Source of the DNA: Eledone cirrhosa
Taxonomy: Eukaryota
Assembly (NCBI GenBank): GCA_964016885.1
Contig: OZ024743.1
Coordinates: forward strand, 3,100,001 to 3,164,000
Direction: 5' to 3'
DNA length: 64,000 bases
The translations under genes and the position numbers were made by a program. Below, one piece after another: positions 38,047 through 50,538 of this stretch (position 1 is its first letter; every line of letters begins with the position of its first letter). The notes below the pieces were generated by a model. The model was not told the DNA's origin. It searched no databases and saw nothing but the letters and a program-made list of their open reading frames with translations.

Positions 38047-38326
38047 AGCTACACTATATATCTAAACATATATACAGTGATACCTCGCTACTTGGCGGTT
38101 CAACTATCGCGGATTCACGATTTCGCGCATTTTTAGAATATATATATGAACACCTAAAATTTTTCATTAAATCCATTAAAATATTAATAATAAACACAGT
38201 TCTAATCATACGCTATATATATATATATATATAAATATAAGTAATTAATACCGTATAAATGGTACAAAGACTGTTTATGTAAAATGTATTTCTCAACAGA
38301 GTATTGAATACTTAGGAGAAATTCAA

Positions 38327-38538
38327 AACGAAGAGTGATAAAATTTCAAGCAAAGAGTTTAATTAGGTAATGACTTACAAATTTGTTTCAGTATATAGAC
38401 AAAGCCTGAAGCGCTAATTATAATAATTAGTTAATAATATTACAAAATATATTAATATTATATTAAATATATACTGAAACAAATTTGTAAGTCATTACCT
38501 AATTAAACTCTTTGCTTGAAATTTTATCATTCTTCGTT
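38327..38538. repeat. Inverted repeat (71-bp arms) carrying the 3' half of a hammerhead fold
   Basis: Arms 38327-38397 and 38468-38538; GAAAC-AAATTT-GTA-AGTC at 38476-38493. Confidence 0.85.
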
Positions 38539-38584
<46 letters not shown>

Positions 38585-39368
38585 TTTATCTAGTCCTTCG
38601 CTCAAGATTAATCTATAAGTTTAGATGTCTGCCTTCGTTTAAGTAAATATTACAGTAAGATTTTTAATATAAACAACTACAAAAAACAATTAATATTAAA
38701 ACGAAAAAATTATCAATGATAAAAGAAGCGGATGCAACTTTTTTTTTTATAAAGTTATATTCCTGTTTCTTTAAAGAACATTTCATTTTTGTTCTATTGT
38801 AGGCGAAATAATGCAATGGTTTAATAGGGAAGATATAACTTACCAATTATGTCTCTAACCGTGTAACGCTTTTTAAGTAGATAACTACAATTGAAAATAC
38901 TAAAGAAATGGAACCAACAATTCAATTTGAAAGTCGTCTAGTGACAGTGTATTACTGGTACTTTATTTTATCGACCCCGTAACGATGAAAGGCAAAAATG
39001 CAAATGCTTAAAATTTAAATTGCCTTAATTCTATCGTCTGCTGTTTCATTAAAGGGAGATTCTCGTCTGTATTTAATTCTATCGTCTACTGTTCCACTAA
39101 ACAGATATACCTCCACTATCGTCTCTATTTATACATTTTAACTTATAACTTATACACATTTGATTTGAAATATTTTATCTAGTCCCCCCTCTCAATATTA
39201 TGATGATTTCTTTCGAATGAAACTGTTCTAGTCCTGTAGAAGCCATTAATATATAAAATTGAACTGAGTTAAAAAATCACAATATTTATAATTAAATAAG
39301 CTCATATATATATGTGTGTATTTATCTGTTTATTGTATTATATATAATGTGTGTATATACAGGATGTC

Positions 39369-39956
39369 CCCCAAAAATATATACACACTTCAACAGCATT
39401 CTAATAACTATTGCCTGTACAGGTAATCAAAGTGTCAATCGAATGTTAGTTTCGTGTTTTAACAGTACAAATTTACAATACACACATAAAACCAGTGTAT
39501 ATACATACATGAGTGTGTATACACATACATGAATGTGTATATACAATATATATGTATATATATATAGACACATATATTCACGGTGCAACGGAACATTAAA
39601 ATATAGATGCGGGGGGGGGGGGGGGGTTGTATATATAGGGGCGCTGGGGATAAAGGAGTGTAAAGCGTGTGTAATTGATATATTGAAGGAGAGGAGCGTG
39701 CAGCGATAGAATAACAAATATATAGAGAGGGGGAGAGATGGTATTGAAGGGGAGGAGTGCAAAGCGAAAGAGTAAGAGAGATATATATAGAGACGGAACA
39801 GATAGAGAGAAACAGGCGTAAGTAACAGTGGAAGAGATATAGAGAGAGGGGGTAATAAATAAATGGAAATATAAGTGTAACAGTATAAGAGATATATAGA
39901 GAGGGGGAAAGTGTCAACGTAATGTTAGATACATCGTGACATACCTAGAAGTTTCA

Positions 39957-40046
<90 letters not shown>

Positions 40047-40820
40047 TGCTAGTTAAGAATTTCACATTTGTTATCAGTCAAAATTATATTGTCCCAAAAC
40101 TGAATAAATTATTTTATTTTATATATATACTGTGGCACCTCGGTTTACGAGTTTAATTCGTTCCGGCGCGGGGCTCGTAAACCGAAACACGTTTAAAGTC
40201 AGTTTTCACAGCTACACTATATATTTAAACATATATACAGTGATACCTCGCTACTTGGCGGTTCAACTATCGCGGATTCACCAAAAATATATACACACTT
40301 CAACAGCATTCTAATAACTATTGCCTGTACAGGTAATCAAAGTGTCAATCGAATGTTAGTTTCGTGTTTTAACAGTACAAATTTACAATACACACATAAA
40401 ACCAGTGTATATACATACATGAGTGTGTATACACATACATGAATGTGTATATACAATATATATGTATATATATATAGACACATATATTCACGGTGCAACG
40501 GAACATTAAAATATAGATGCGGGGGGGGGGGGGTTGTATATATAGGAGCGCTGGGGATAAAGGAGTGTAAAGCGTGTGTAATTGATATATTGAAGGAGAG
40601 GAGCGTGCAGCGATAGAGTAACAAATATATAGAGAGGGGGAGAGATGGTATTGAAGGGGAGGAGTGCAAAGCGAAAGAGTAAGAGAGATATATATAGAGA
40701 CGGAACAGATAGAGAGAAACAGGCGTAAGTAACAGTGGAAGAGATATAAAGAGAGGGGGTAATAAATAAATGGAAATGTAAGTGTAACAGTATAAGAGAT
40801 ATATAGAGAGGGGGAAATGT
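39369..40820 (+). repeat. ~550-bp direct duplication (39369-39915 and 40280-40820)
   Basis: Near-identical blocks starting CCAAAAATATATACACACTTCAACAGC. Confidence 0.9.
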
Positions 40821-40881
40821 GTTATTGAAGGGGAGGAGTGTAAAGCGAAAGCGTAAGATATATATATAGAGAGGGGGAATA

Positions 40882-40917
<36 letters not shown>

Positions 40918-40989
40918 ACACTTACTCTGATTGGTTGAAAATTAGCCAATGACATACGATCACCACCACCACGGCTATCCCCGGAAAAT

Positions 40990-41629
40990 TTATGAAGAAG
41001 TTACGCATATATGTTAGAACACCAAAAGTGAACATTCTGTTGTTTCACACTTTTCGTGTTCTAACAGATATCGTGAAATGCGACAGTTAGTTGATGCGTG
41101 AGAGAAAAAATCTGTCTGCACGAAAGTTTCACATGTGTGTGGTGTGTTCGTTTCTTTGACTGAGTATTTTCATAGTTTGTCAATAAATTTGCTGTGTATT
41201 CGTAATGTTACTCACACAACACCAGATTCTGCTATTTTTTTCTTTTTTCGGGGTGACCACTTATAACAATGAACGGCTGCATGTTCGTATCACGTCAGGG
41301 TTACCAATATAGCGAGAAACTAGCGGTGTATGAAATGTAACAAGGAGACATCGTTTGTGTGTATAATATTTAATTAACAATGGATATATATAGAACAGTA
41401 TAGTTGACATGTCAAAGAAATAGATGATAGAATGAGGCAAAGTTAGTAGTTACCGTTTTGATTGCCAGGCAAACGCGAGACGCCTGGCGAAGGCCAGGCG
41501 CCGGAAGGGCAAATGAGAGAGTGAGAACTTAAAGTTGTTAGTTTTATAGGGTTCTGACCGGAAGTTACAGAAAGGGTTCTACTTCCCGTCTAGGGGTTGT
41601 GAGTCACAACAATGGAGGCAACTGCTACA
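40990..41629 (-). mobile_element. LTR (41308-41629) plus PBS and internal leader of the 46285-48401 family
   Basis: TGTAGCAG...CGCTATA-TTGGTAACCC on minus; 41072-41307 matches 47806-48032. Confidence 0.8.
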
Positions 41630-41929
41630 GCCTATTATTAAATTTTAGCCCACCCTCGCACAACCGTTTAGCAGCTTTGTTTCTACTATGATAAAATACC
41701 CTAATTCCTTTCTCGGATGCTAATTTTTCTCCTTACCTTACCCTAACCTAATTTAATAGACAAGGTATAGAAAATGAATAATGTCAATAAACAACAACGA
41801 CATCATCACCATCTTTAGCGAGTACACTGTTCAGGTATTCGAAGGTGTCAATCATCTCCAGAGTTTCGCCCTCCAACTAGACTGGTTGCTGTTGTATTTC
41901 CCTAATAAGCATCAGTTTGGTCTTTTCAA

Positions 41930-43460
41930 TAGGTAAATTCAAATTGCTTAGTGTATCTCGTTAGGCGAGATCAAATCTTAGATAAGTGTCTATGGCGGGC
42001 TCCTTTTATTTCCCCCTCTTGTGCAAGTTTTTTATGGGACATTCAGCACACTTATTGATGCAGTTAACAAGATCACTTCCACCACAGGTGTCCAACAAGG
42101 TGACCCATTTCACTTTGCGTGGATTGTCGACGACATTGCCCACTTAGTCTGTTCAGTCTTCAAATCTGGTACCTGGACGACGCGAGACTGGGTGGTTCGG
42201 CTGAATATGTTGCCTTCAGCGAGTCATCCCAACCTTATTGCTGATTGTGCTTGTGATCAACTCGTCTGGTGATAAATGTGAGCTACGGTGAAACTGAATT
42301 TTAAGACGCAGTACTTAGCATCCAACCTGCCTGATTAGGGCACGGGTAACACCGAAAGATGGCTCATTCATTCTCGGCTCTCCAATTCTCTTGAAAGCCA
42401 TAGGAGGGTGCCTGTAAACCAAACACACTGATCTGACGAGGACGACGGAGAAATTGCATCTTATTGACGCGCACCTGGTACCCTTCTCTCTGAGGAACTG
42501 TTTCGCCCTTCCAAAACTTCTATTTATGCTGCGTGGTGTGCTTTGTTACCTTTGTAGCAAGAGTTGCCTCCCTTGTTATGACAATCACATCACCGCTCTC
42601 TAGACAGGAAGTAGCTGGAGTTACTTCCCGTTGGGGTGGCAGAACCCTTTTTGTCACTTCCGTCTTGGACCCTATAAAAGGGACACTCAGAGCTATCTCT
42701 CATTTGCTCTCTTCTAACCTGCCTGGCCCTTCGGCCAGGCGTCTTCGACCAGGCGCGTTCGCCTGGCAACCCTAACATGGTCTCTTGCGAGCTAACTTCA
42801 AAACGGTAACAAATAACTTTACTTCATTCTTTCATCTACTCATGGACATGTCAACTATACTATTCTACATAACTTCAACTTGTTTATTAAACTTTATACA
42901 CACAACTGAGTCTTTTGTTATATTCATACACACCAGTATTTTGTTATACCTTCATACGGATTGCCTCGTCGAACACGACACCACCATTCGATGCTGTGCT
43001 GAACCTACCTGCAATATTAGTTTCAACAGCGCCAACTGGCAACAAATGAGATTCCCTGTGAAATTCGGTGGCCTCTGCCTCCGAGCTACTTTTGACCTAG
43101 TACTGCCGGCCTACCTATCCTCAGTCACCTTCAGTCGCACCCTCATCAGCGAGGTCCTCCGCAAGCAAGCAGAACCAATTGTGGACTAAGAACTGGAGTC
43201 AGCTCTGGCTGATTGGATTGACGAAGGCCTCGCCGTCCTCCAGTAGGCAGATATCTAACGCAACTGGGACAATGTCAAGTGCAGGTCAATCTAGTCTTCC
43301 TCAGATCAACACCGTCTCAACTGCCTCCATTTTGCCTTGCAGTCAAACAGGTGTGCATGGCTCAATTCAGTGCGCTCCTCATCAACCGGTAGCCTTCGTG
43401 ATGAGTATACTCGCATCGGAGTGGCCTCCGTGTGTGTGAGCCGCACAAATGCCGTTGTGG
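41930..43460 (+). mobile_element. Decayed CRE-clade LINE RT region
   Basis: TGVQQGDP, WYLDDA, WQQMRFPVKFGGLCLR..LPAYLSS. Confidence 0.7.
42553..42957 (+). mobile_element. Solo LTR inserted in the CRE fragment
   Basis: Begins TGTAGCA, contains CCCTATAAAA; reverse-homologous to LTRs at 41308 and 46285. Confidence 0.75.
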
Positions 43461-43842
43461 AGCTGTTGTCGTCAAGACCCCAATCCCCGAACTGCAGTCC
43501 CCCACCTCCTCCGTAAAACGGGAAGACAGCAACTCGGCGAGGTATGGTGGCTTCTCCAACGAGTGTTGCTGACCATTCGCCTTTTCATTTCATTATTTAT
43601 TCTCAAGAAACCATTATTCATTTTACACAAGTGTTGAATGAGCCAGCATTCTCTCCTCTACACTATCTCTTAAATACCTCTAAAGATTTAAACGTTATAT
43701 ATTATGAACGCAACTTGACGGAAGTTGTATTTATCAAAACGCTGGTAGTTTTAAAATGCTTATAGCAATTTCGCTGAGGGATTTTCGATGAAAAGTTTCT
43801 GGCTCTGTGAAGTGCTTATATTGAGTATTTAGGGGGAAGAAG

Positions 43843-43870
43843 ATGAGAAAAAGACAACGGAAACCGGCAG
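43843..43870 (+). CDS. Probable first coding exon (MRKRQRKPA) of C19orf12-like copy 2
   Basis: AAGATG start, CAG|GTATGT donor, phase 1 compatible with exon 57331 (G|CG). Confidence 0.5.
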
Positions 43871-44683
43871 GTATGTATTAAGATATTTAAAATTTTTGAT
43901 CCCTATCGATTATTTCTGTTAAACGAAAGTAATCGTTATTCAACATGTTTTGTAGACAGACATACTGTCAGGCTAAGAGAAATATGTGTTGAAAAATGAT
44001 AAATGAATAAGAGAAAAATGATAAATTAATATATTAATGTGTGTGTGTAATGGCCAACGGAAGGTTGTGCTTATCCCCGTTTGTCTGCTCTATCTCTCTG
44101 AAGTTCCGAACCCCAGGTCTAATTGTGTCGCCTCAATGAACCCAGCGGACAGAATTGTGAGGATAGCGAGGGAGATGAGCTGAAAGAGCCATTCCAACTC
44201 GCATGTACCACTTTCAATATATCCCGAGACGCCTTTTCGTTTCCAGGCTCCCGTGAAACTAAAACTGGATCTGGTAAACACCGATAGGGGAAGGAAATAT
44301 CAGCAATTTTCTTTTCTACACACCAAGTTTAGAGTTGTACATACATACATACATACATACATACATACATACATGCATGTACCAGTAACTCCTGAGAATG
44401 TAGTAGGTGTCGCATTAATATATGGTGTTTGTAGGGCATTTTTTAAAAACCTGGCGGAGCCCATCTCTTCGCCATGTTTACATACATATAAATGAAAATT
44501 GTACAAATTGAAAAAAAAAAGTATATATATAATGGCGGTGCCCTAGCATTGCTTCAGCCTATCGGTTGGAACACGTAATTGAGTAATATTGGGAAACACT
44601 TCGGGTGGGCTTCTTTTCTGGAAATTATTAGAAACAAACAAACAAACAAAAAATGTAAACAAACCGATGTGTTTATTCCCTTT

Positions 44684-45633
44684 TGGGCACTACAACGCTA
44701 TTAGCTATCAGTCGAAAGCAGCCGATGAAAGCAAAACATCGTTTATTTCCGTATTACTACCAAGTGGAGTTACTTAAATGAAAATTTTATTTTTTCACGA
44801 ATTTTATTTTTTTTCTATTTTTTATTAATGCATATAGATGTAAGTGAAGTTACTTAAATGAAAATATAGGTGGCCCTTAAAAGGGTCAAATTAGAAAACA
44901 AATTTAAGTTAATTAGAAAACAAGTCATGGTTATCAAATAAATTGGATTTAATCATTTATATTTTCATAGTCATGGTTATCAATGTAGAAAACAAGTCAT
45001 TTTCACCAACAGTGGAGTTAATTTAAATGAAAATATAGGTGGCCCTTAAAAGGGCCAAATTAGAAAACAAATTTATGGTTATCAAATTTTTTTCACCAAC
45101 CTTATTCAAGAAATGTTTAGAAAACAAATTTTTTTCACCAACCTTATTCAAAAGCATGGATACAGTCCACATGGAGACAAGAGACAGTCCCCATGGAGAC
45201 AAGAGACAGTTCCATGGAGATTGATGGTATCTGCTGTAGTAGCGGTAGCGATGGAAAGATCGCGATGGTTAATTCCATTAACAATTTGGCCCTTTTAAGG
45301 GCCACCTATATTTTCATTTAAGTTAACTCCACTGTTGGTGAAAATGACTTGTTTTCTACATTGATAACCATGACTATGAAAATATAAATGATTAAATCCA
45401 ATTTATTTGATAACCACGACTTGTTTTCTAATTTGGCCCTTTTAAGGGCCACCTATATTTTCATTTAAGTAACTTCACTTACATCTATATGCTTTAATAA
45501 AAAAAAAAAATAAATAAAAAACGCGTGAAAACTCCACTTACGCGTGGTGGTAGTAATACGGAAATAAACGATGACGAATGACGTCACCTTCGCCTGCTTT
45601 CACGACTGACAGCTCATGGCGTTGTAGTGCCCA
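44684..45633. mobile_element. Foldback DNA element with long inverted arms, possible 4-bp TSD CTTT
   Basis: TGGGCACTACAACG ... CGTTGTAGTGCCCA; inner arms ~44820-45060 vs 45283-45500; central GAGACAGTCCCCATGGAGACAA repeats. Confidence 0.8.
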
Positions 45634-45659
45634 CTTTTGTTGTGAAAAGTTGCTAGAGT

Positions 45660-45880
45660 TCATATATTGGTTTCTGATTTAAGCACAAGACCAACAATTT
45701 TGGAGAGGTGAAGTCGACTAAATCGACCCTAGTGGCTTATTGGTACTTTATTTTATCGACCCTGTAAAAATGAAAGGCAAAGCTAACCTCGGCAGGATTT
45801 GAACTCAGATCGTAAAGGGCCGTAATTCTATACCATAAAGCAAGTTGTTCGATGCTCCACCCATACTACCAATCGACCGC
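45660..45880 (-). mobile_element. Meta-domain-like tRNA SINE (further copies at ~35900-36070, ~38950-39000, ~58760-58910)
   Basis: TGGTACTTTATTTTATCGACCC..GAAAGGCAAAG..GGATTTGAACTCAG. Confidence 0.75.
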
Positions 45881-46284
45881 CATATGAAATAGACGTATAA
45901 GTTGCATGACTCTCTGTCCAACTTCTACCACCTCCAATAGTAATTTACCCTACTTATTCCACTATTTTATAGTTAATATATGAATTATGTCAGATTTTCA
46001 CAAGAGCAAATAAATTTCAGAAAAAAATATTTTCTTTTTTAATTTAATAATTTGTGCAATTTCCTTTTATACGTTAATTGTTTTTTTTTTTTGTGTCTAA
46101 ATTTTAAATGACGCATTTATTTACAATTCTAAACTTGGTCTGTTACAACAAAGAAAGAAAAGATGACAATTGTTTGGTAATATTTTCGGTCCCTCTTTCG
46201 CCGTTCATGTGTGTAAGTCGACAGGTTAAATAGTTATTTAGGGAACATCAAATTTTTATTGTCATATAACATATATATAAGATT

Positions 46285-48401
46285 TATAGCGAGGATACTA
46301 GGTTGTATGAATGTAACAAAACGAGACATGGTTTGTGTGTATAATATTTAATTAACAATGGTAGATAGTATACTTGACATGTCAAAGATGAGGATGTTGT
46401 TAGAATGAAGCAAAGTTAGTAGTTACCGTTTTGATTGCCAGGCAAACGCGGCTGGCAGAGGACGCCTGGCTAAGGCCAGGCGCCTGTTGGCCAAATTAAT
46501 GGCGGAGCCCAATGAGAGGCTCTTGACCTGGTGCCGAAAAGGCAAAGAGAGTTAGGGAGCTTAAAGTTGTTAGTTTTATAGGGTTCTGACCGGAAGTTGC
46601 AGAAAGGGTTCCACTTCCCGTCTAGATCCCAATCAAAACAAGGGAGACAACCGCTACATAACTTCCCGCCAGAATTTTAGTGTATAAAAATCGAAATGAA
46701 AATATGTAGCAAGTTGGCGAGAATGTTGTAACAGGCATGAAAATTACGACAAAAGAATGTTTGGAAAAATCAATGATAGATATCAAGGTAGCCAACCGCT
46801 CTTGGCCAGAGAACGACTGGACATCCATCTATCCATCACCCAAAGATACAATGTAATAAAGTAAAAGTAATAGAAGAGCTCAAAGTTCAAAATATAGTTC
46901 ACAGGTGTGCAATCACATGACAGCAGGAAAGAAAGTGTGTTCCAGAGAATGAATGCAGGTGGTTTCTGTTCTGTGGTATATCGTGAAATTTCCAACCTCC
47001 GAATGGATTTTCTCACAGGAAGAGTGCTGCAAAAATGAATTCTCTGGCTTTGGTGAAGCTGTGTTGATGTATTGCTGTTGCTGTTATATTGCTGTTGTCT
47101 CGCTGAGTGAGCGTATTCGGTGTTTAAATTCACAGTAAATAATTTTTTTTTAGAAAAAATGAGTTGCGCAAAGTGCTAGAAATAGCAGCCGAAGTTGATG
47201 GTCGATGTTGAGAATGCGTTGACCTGGAAGGGTCAAGAGGCCAGCGACCAGGGAAATAAGCATTCTCAATAAATGCGCGGTCATCAACGGTAAATTTACA
47301 TTGTAAATTTATAAACCGGCAAATAGAAGAATATAGCTTAAGGCTGAAGAATCCTTGGGGAGAAATGTTATCTCTGGCGTGCGGCTGTCTGTGAGTAGAG
47401 ACATCTCAGTGAATCGAGAATTTGTGCTGCCTACACGTGCCAATACAAGGTTGAAAAAAAATAATATTTCTAACGCGCGAGAAAATGATAGTGCAATTTT
47501 GAAAGTGACAATGATGAAAAAGAAAGGCTTCACTCAGCATAATTATTGGTGTGAACTTTGGGAAAAAACAAAAAAACTTGAACGATGAAGAAAACGATGA
47601 ACAAAAAGGCAATGGTTCATCGAAAATAAATGTTCCTGTTGAAATGTTTTTTAAAGAATATCAAATTTCTTTTTTTTTGTGTGTGTGTTTTGAAAGAGTT
47701 CGATGTAAGAAACGAGAAACATATATATATATCGTGAAATGTTTTTTTTTTTTTTTTGTTTTGAAAGTGTTCGTTGTAAGAAACGAGAAACATATATATA
47801 TATTGGTGAAATGCGACAGTTAGTTGATGCGTGAGAGAAAAAGTCTGTCTGTGCGAATTCCACATGTGCGTGTGTGCGTGTCCTTGAGTATTTTCATAGT
47901 TTGTCGCTAAATTTGCTGTGTATTCGTAATGTTACTCACAAAACCAGATGTGCTATTTTTTTCTTTTTTTTGGGGGGGTGACCACTTATAGCGATGAACG
48001 GCTGTGTGTTCGTATCACGTTAGGGTTACCAATATAGCGAGAGTACTGGGTTGTATGAATGTAACAAAACGAGACATGGTTTGTGTGTATAATATTTAAT
48101 TAACAATGGTAGATAGTATACTTGACATGTCAAAGATAGATGTTAGAATGAAGCAAAGTTAGTAGTTACCGTTTTGATTGCCAGGCAAACGCGGCTGGCA
48201 GAGGACGCCTGGCTAAGGCCAGGCGCCTGTTGGCCAAATTAATGGCGGAGCCCAATGAGAGGCTCTTGACCTGGTGCCGAAAAGGCAAAGAGAGTTAGGG
48301 AGCTTAAAGTTGTTAGTTTTATAGGGTTCTGACCGGAAGTTGCAGAAAGGGTTCCACTTCCCGTCTAGATCCCAATCAAAACAAGGGAGACAACCGCTAC
48401 A
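46285..48401 (-). mobile_element. Complete non-autonomous LTR retrotransposon (TRIM/LARD-like)
   Basis: Near-identical LTRs 48033-48401 and 46285-46658; PBS TGGTAACCC; PPT GGCGGGAAG; GATT TSD on both sides; no RT or integrase inside. Confidence 0.9.
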
Positions 48402-49488
48402 GATTAAATAGAAATACATTCATATAATCAATTAATTATTGCTAGGAACCTTATAAATGTAAACGAAATAGCGTCCTATAAGTTGTCTTTTTCTTCTTTT
48501 CTCTTGGAAATTAAGAATACTCCAGCGCCCGTTGTTGTAGCGTATGGTTGAGCGTGCGTGTCTTTCTCTCTTTATATCTCTTATTTTATACTATTTTTGT
48601 ATAAATCTGGTGTCAGTACCGATGACCCATCCAACCCTTGCTGGCATGGAGAACGGACGGTAAATTATGACGACGACGATGATGATAATAATGACGACAA
48701 CGATGATGATGATGATAATAATAATTATGATGATGACTGTAACAAAATATCCTTTGGAAGTTGTTGGTTCATTGGATACAGAAGGACATTTCCAGGAGGA
48801 TTGAGTAAGGAGTAGATTCGGTGCCAGATTTACCATTGTGCTTAGGTGTGCTTAAGTATAGGGCCCCTATAACGGCGGCGAAGATTCGAAACCGAATCTG
48901 AGCTTTCCCGCCTCTGGGACAAGCCGTGGTAACTTGTTTACGCTCAAGAGACTAACCCCTTGAGAGAGGCTAAACACAGGTCAGAGGTGTTTACTCCTGA
49001 CAGAAAATAGGTCAGAGGATATATCCATCTTCCTGACTTGTTTACGCTTGGCAAACTAATCCCTTGGGAGACTAACTAAAGTTCAGAGGATATATCTATC
49101 CTTCTAACTTCAACTCTTATAAATACAGGGGTTGTTTACGCCTCGACAGAAAAGAAGTGATATACAGACAAGTCGCATTTACAAGCTCTCGTCACGAAAA
49201 ACCAGTCTGCCACTTATTCTCACCTTCCTGGCTGATCGCTGACTCCTGCAATACAAACAAGTAAATATACTGATACGCCGCACACGCATTCATAGTGAGT
49301 TCAGTATTTATACACGCACCATTTCTGTTTACACATATTGTACCTTTCTGATACAGTACAAATTACATCGAAACCACCATACCAACAGTTACATCCATCC
49401 ATCCACTTATCGTTACAACATAATATTCCGTTACAACTGGTGACCCCGTAAAACAGACACACAACCTTCTGATCATCCACTACAAACG

Positions 49489-50538
49489 ATGTCTCTAGCA
49501 CACGACGATTCATCTATGGCAGAAATGGCAGTCAGGGCGGCATTTACATTAAGGATTCCACCATTCTGGGTGCACGATCCAACACTGTGGTTCGCGCACA
49601 TCGAAGCGCAGTTCGCATCGAACCGGATCTTTATGGAGGCATCCCGTCTCACACATGTCATCGGTTCGATGTCTCCGGAGATTATGAATGAGGTTCGAGA
49701 CCTCATTTTAGCACCACTCGGCTCTGTGTCATATGACACATTTAAAAGAACATTAGTTAAGCGGACGTCGGAGTCACAGCAGAAGCGTTTACACCAGCTC
49801 CTCATATCGGATGAATTAGGAGATAAAAAGCCGACGCAACTCCTACGGCGAATGAAGCAGCTCCTGGGAGAACATAAACTCCCGGATGAAATTTTCAAGT
49901 AACTCCTCCTCCAGCGTTTACTTTCTGTCACACAAGTTGTACTAGCATCCACCAGGGAGTCCACCACCATAGAAGAACTCGCCGAGCTGGCAGATAAAAT
50001 CATGGAGGTACCACATCCGCACTCAAAAATAGCGAATGTGACGCCAGCCGTGCCTTCCACCAATCCTTTCCTTCAGCCCTCCAGTGCCACAGAGATGCCC
50101 GATCTACACCAGTTACTGGCACAGCAAGCAACACAGATACAGGCCTTGATGCAACAAATTCAGGCCTTGTCACTGGGCAACCCTGCCACGCGTCGGTCCA
50201 ACAGTCGAACTCGCCGATTTGGTGGTCGCTCAAGAAGTCCGAGCGCATCTCGGGATTCACCAGAAATGTGTTGGTACCACCAACGATTCGAGAGACGAGC
50301 GCAAAAGTGCAGCCATCCCTGTTCATTTGTTTCGAAAACGAATCAGGGAAACGACACAGCCAGAAACTCAATGCGATGGACGTTTCTGGCCCTCATAACC
50401 AAAGTCGCCTATTTTTCATTCAGGATCGCGTCACAGGCACGCGTTTCCTGGTTGACACCGGTGCCGAAGTCAGCATCATCCCGGTTTCCTGCGTTCCTGG
50501 AAAAAGGAGAGAGACACCAGCCTGGCTCCAGGCGGTGA
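49489..50538 (+). pseudogene. gag: Gypsy gag with premature TAA at 49900
   Basis: IPPFWVHDPTLWFAHIEAQF, LGDKKPTQLLRRMKQL, CWYHQRF..A.KC..PC knuckle in one frame. Confidence 0.9.

Noticed and set aside
39427-40955. ORFs of 111-194 aa on minus
   Set aside because: Translations of low-complexity duplicated GA/TA-rich repeats
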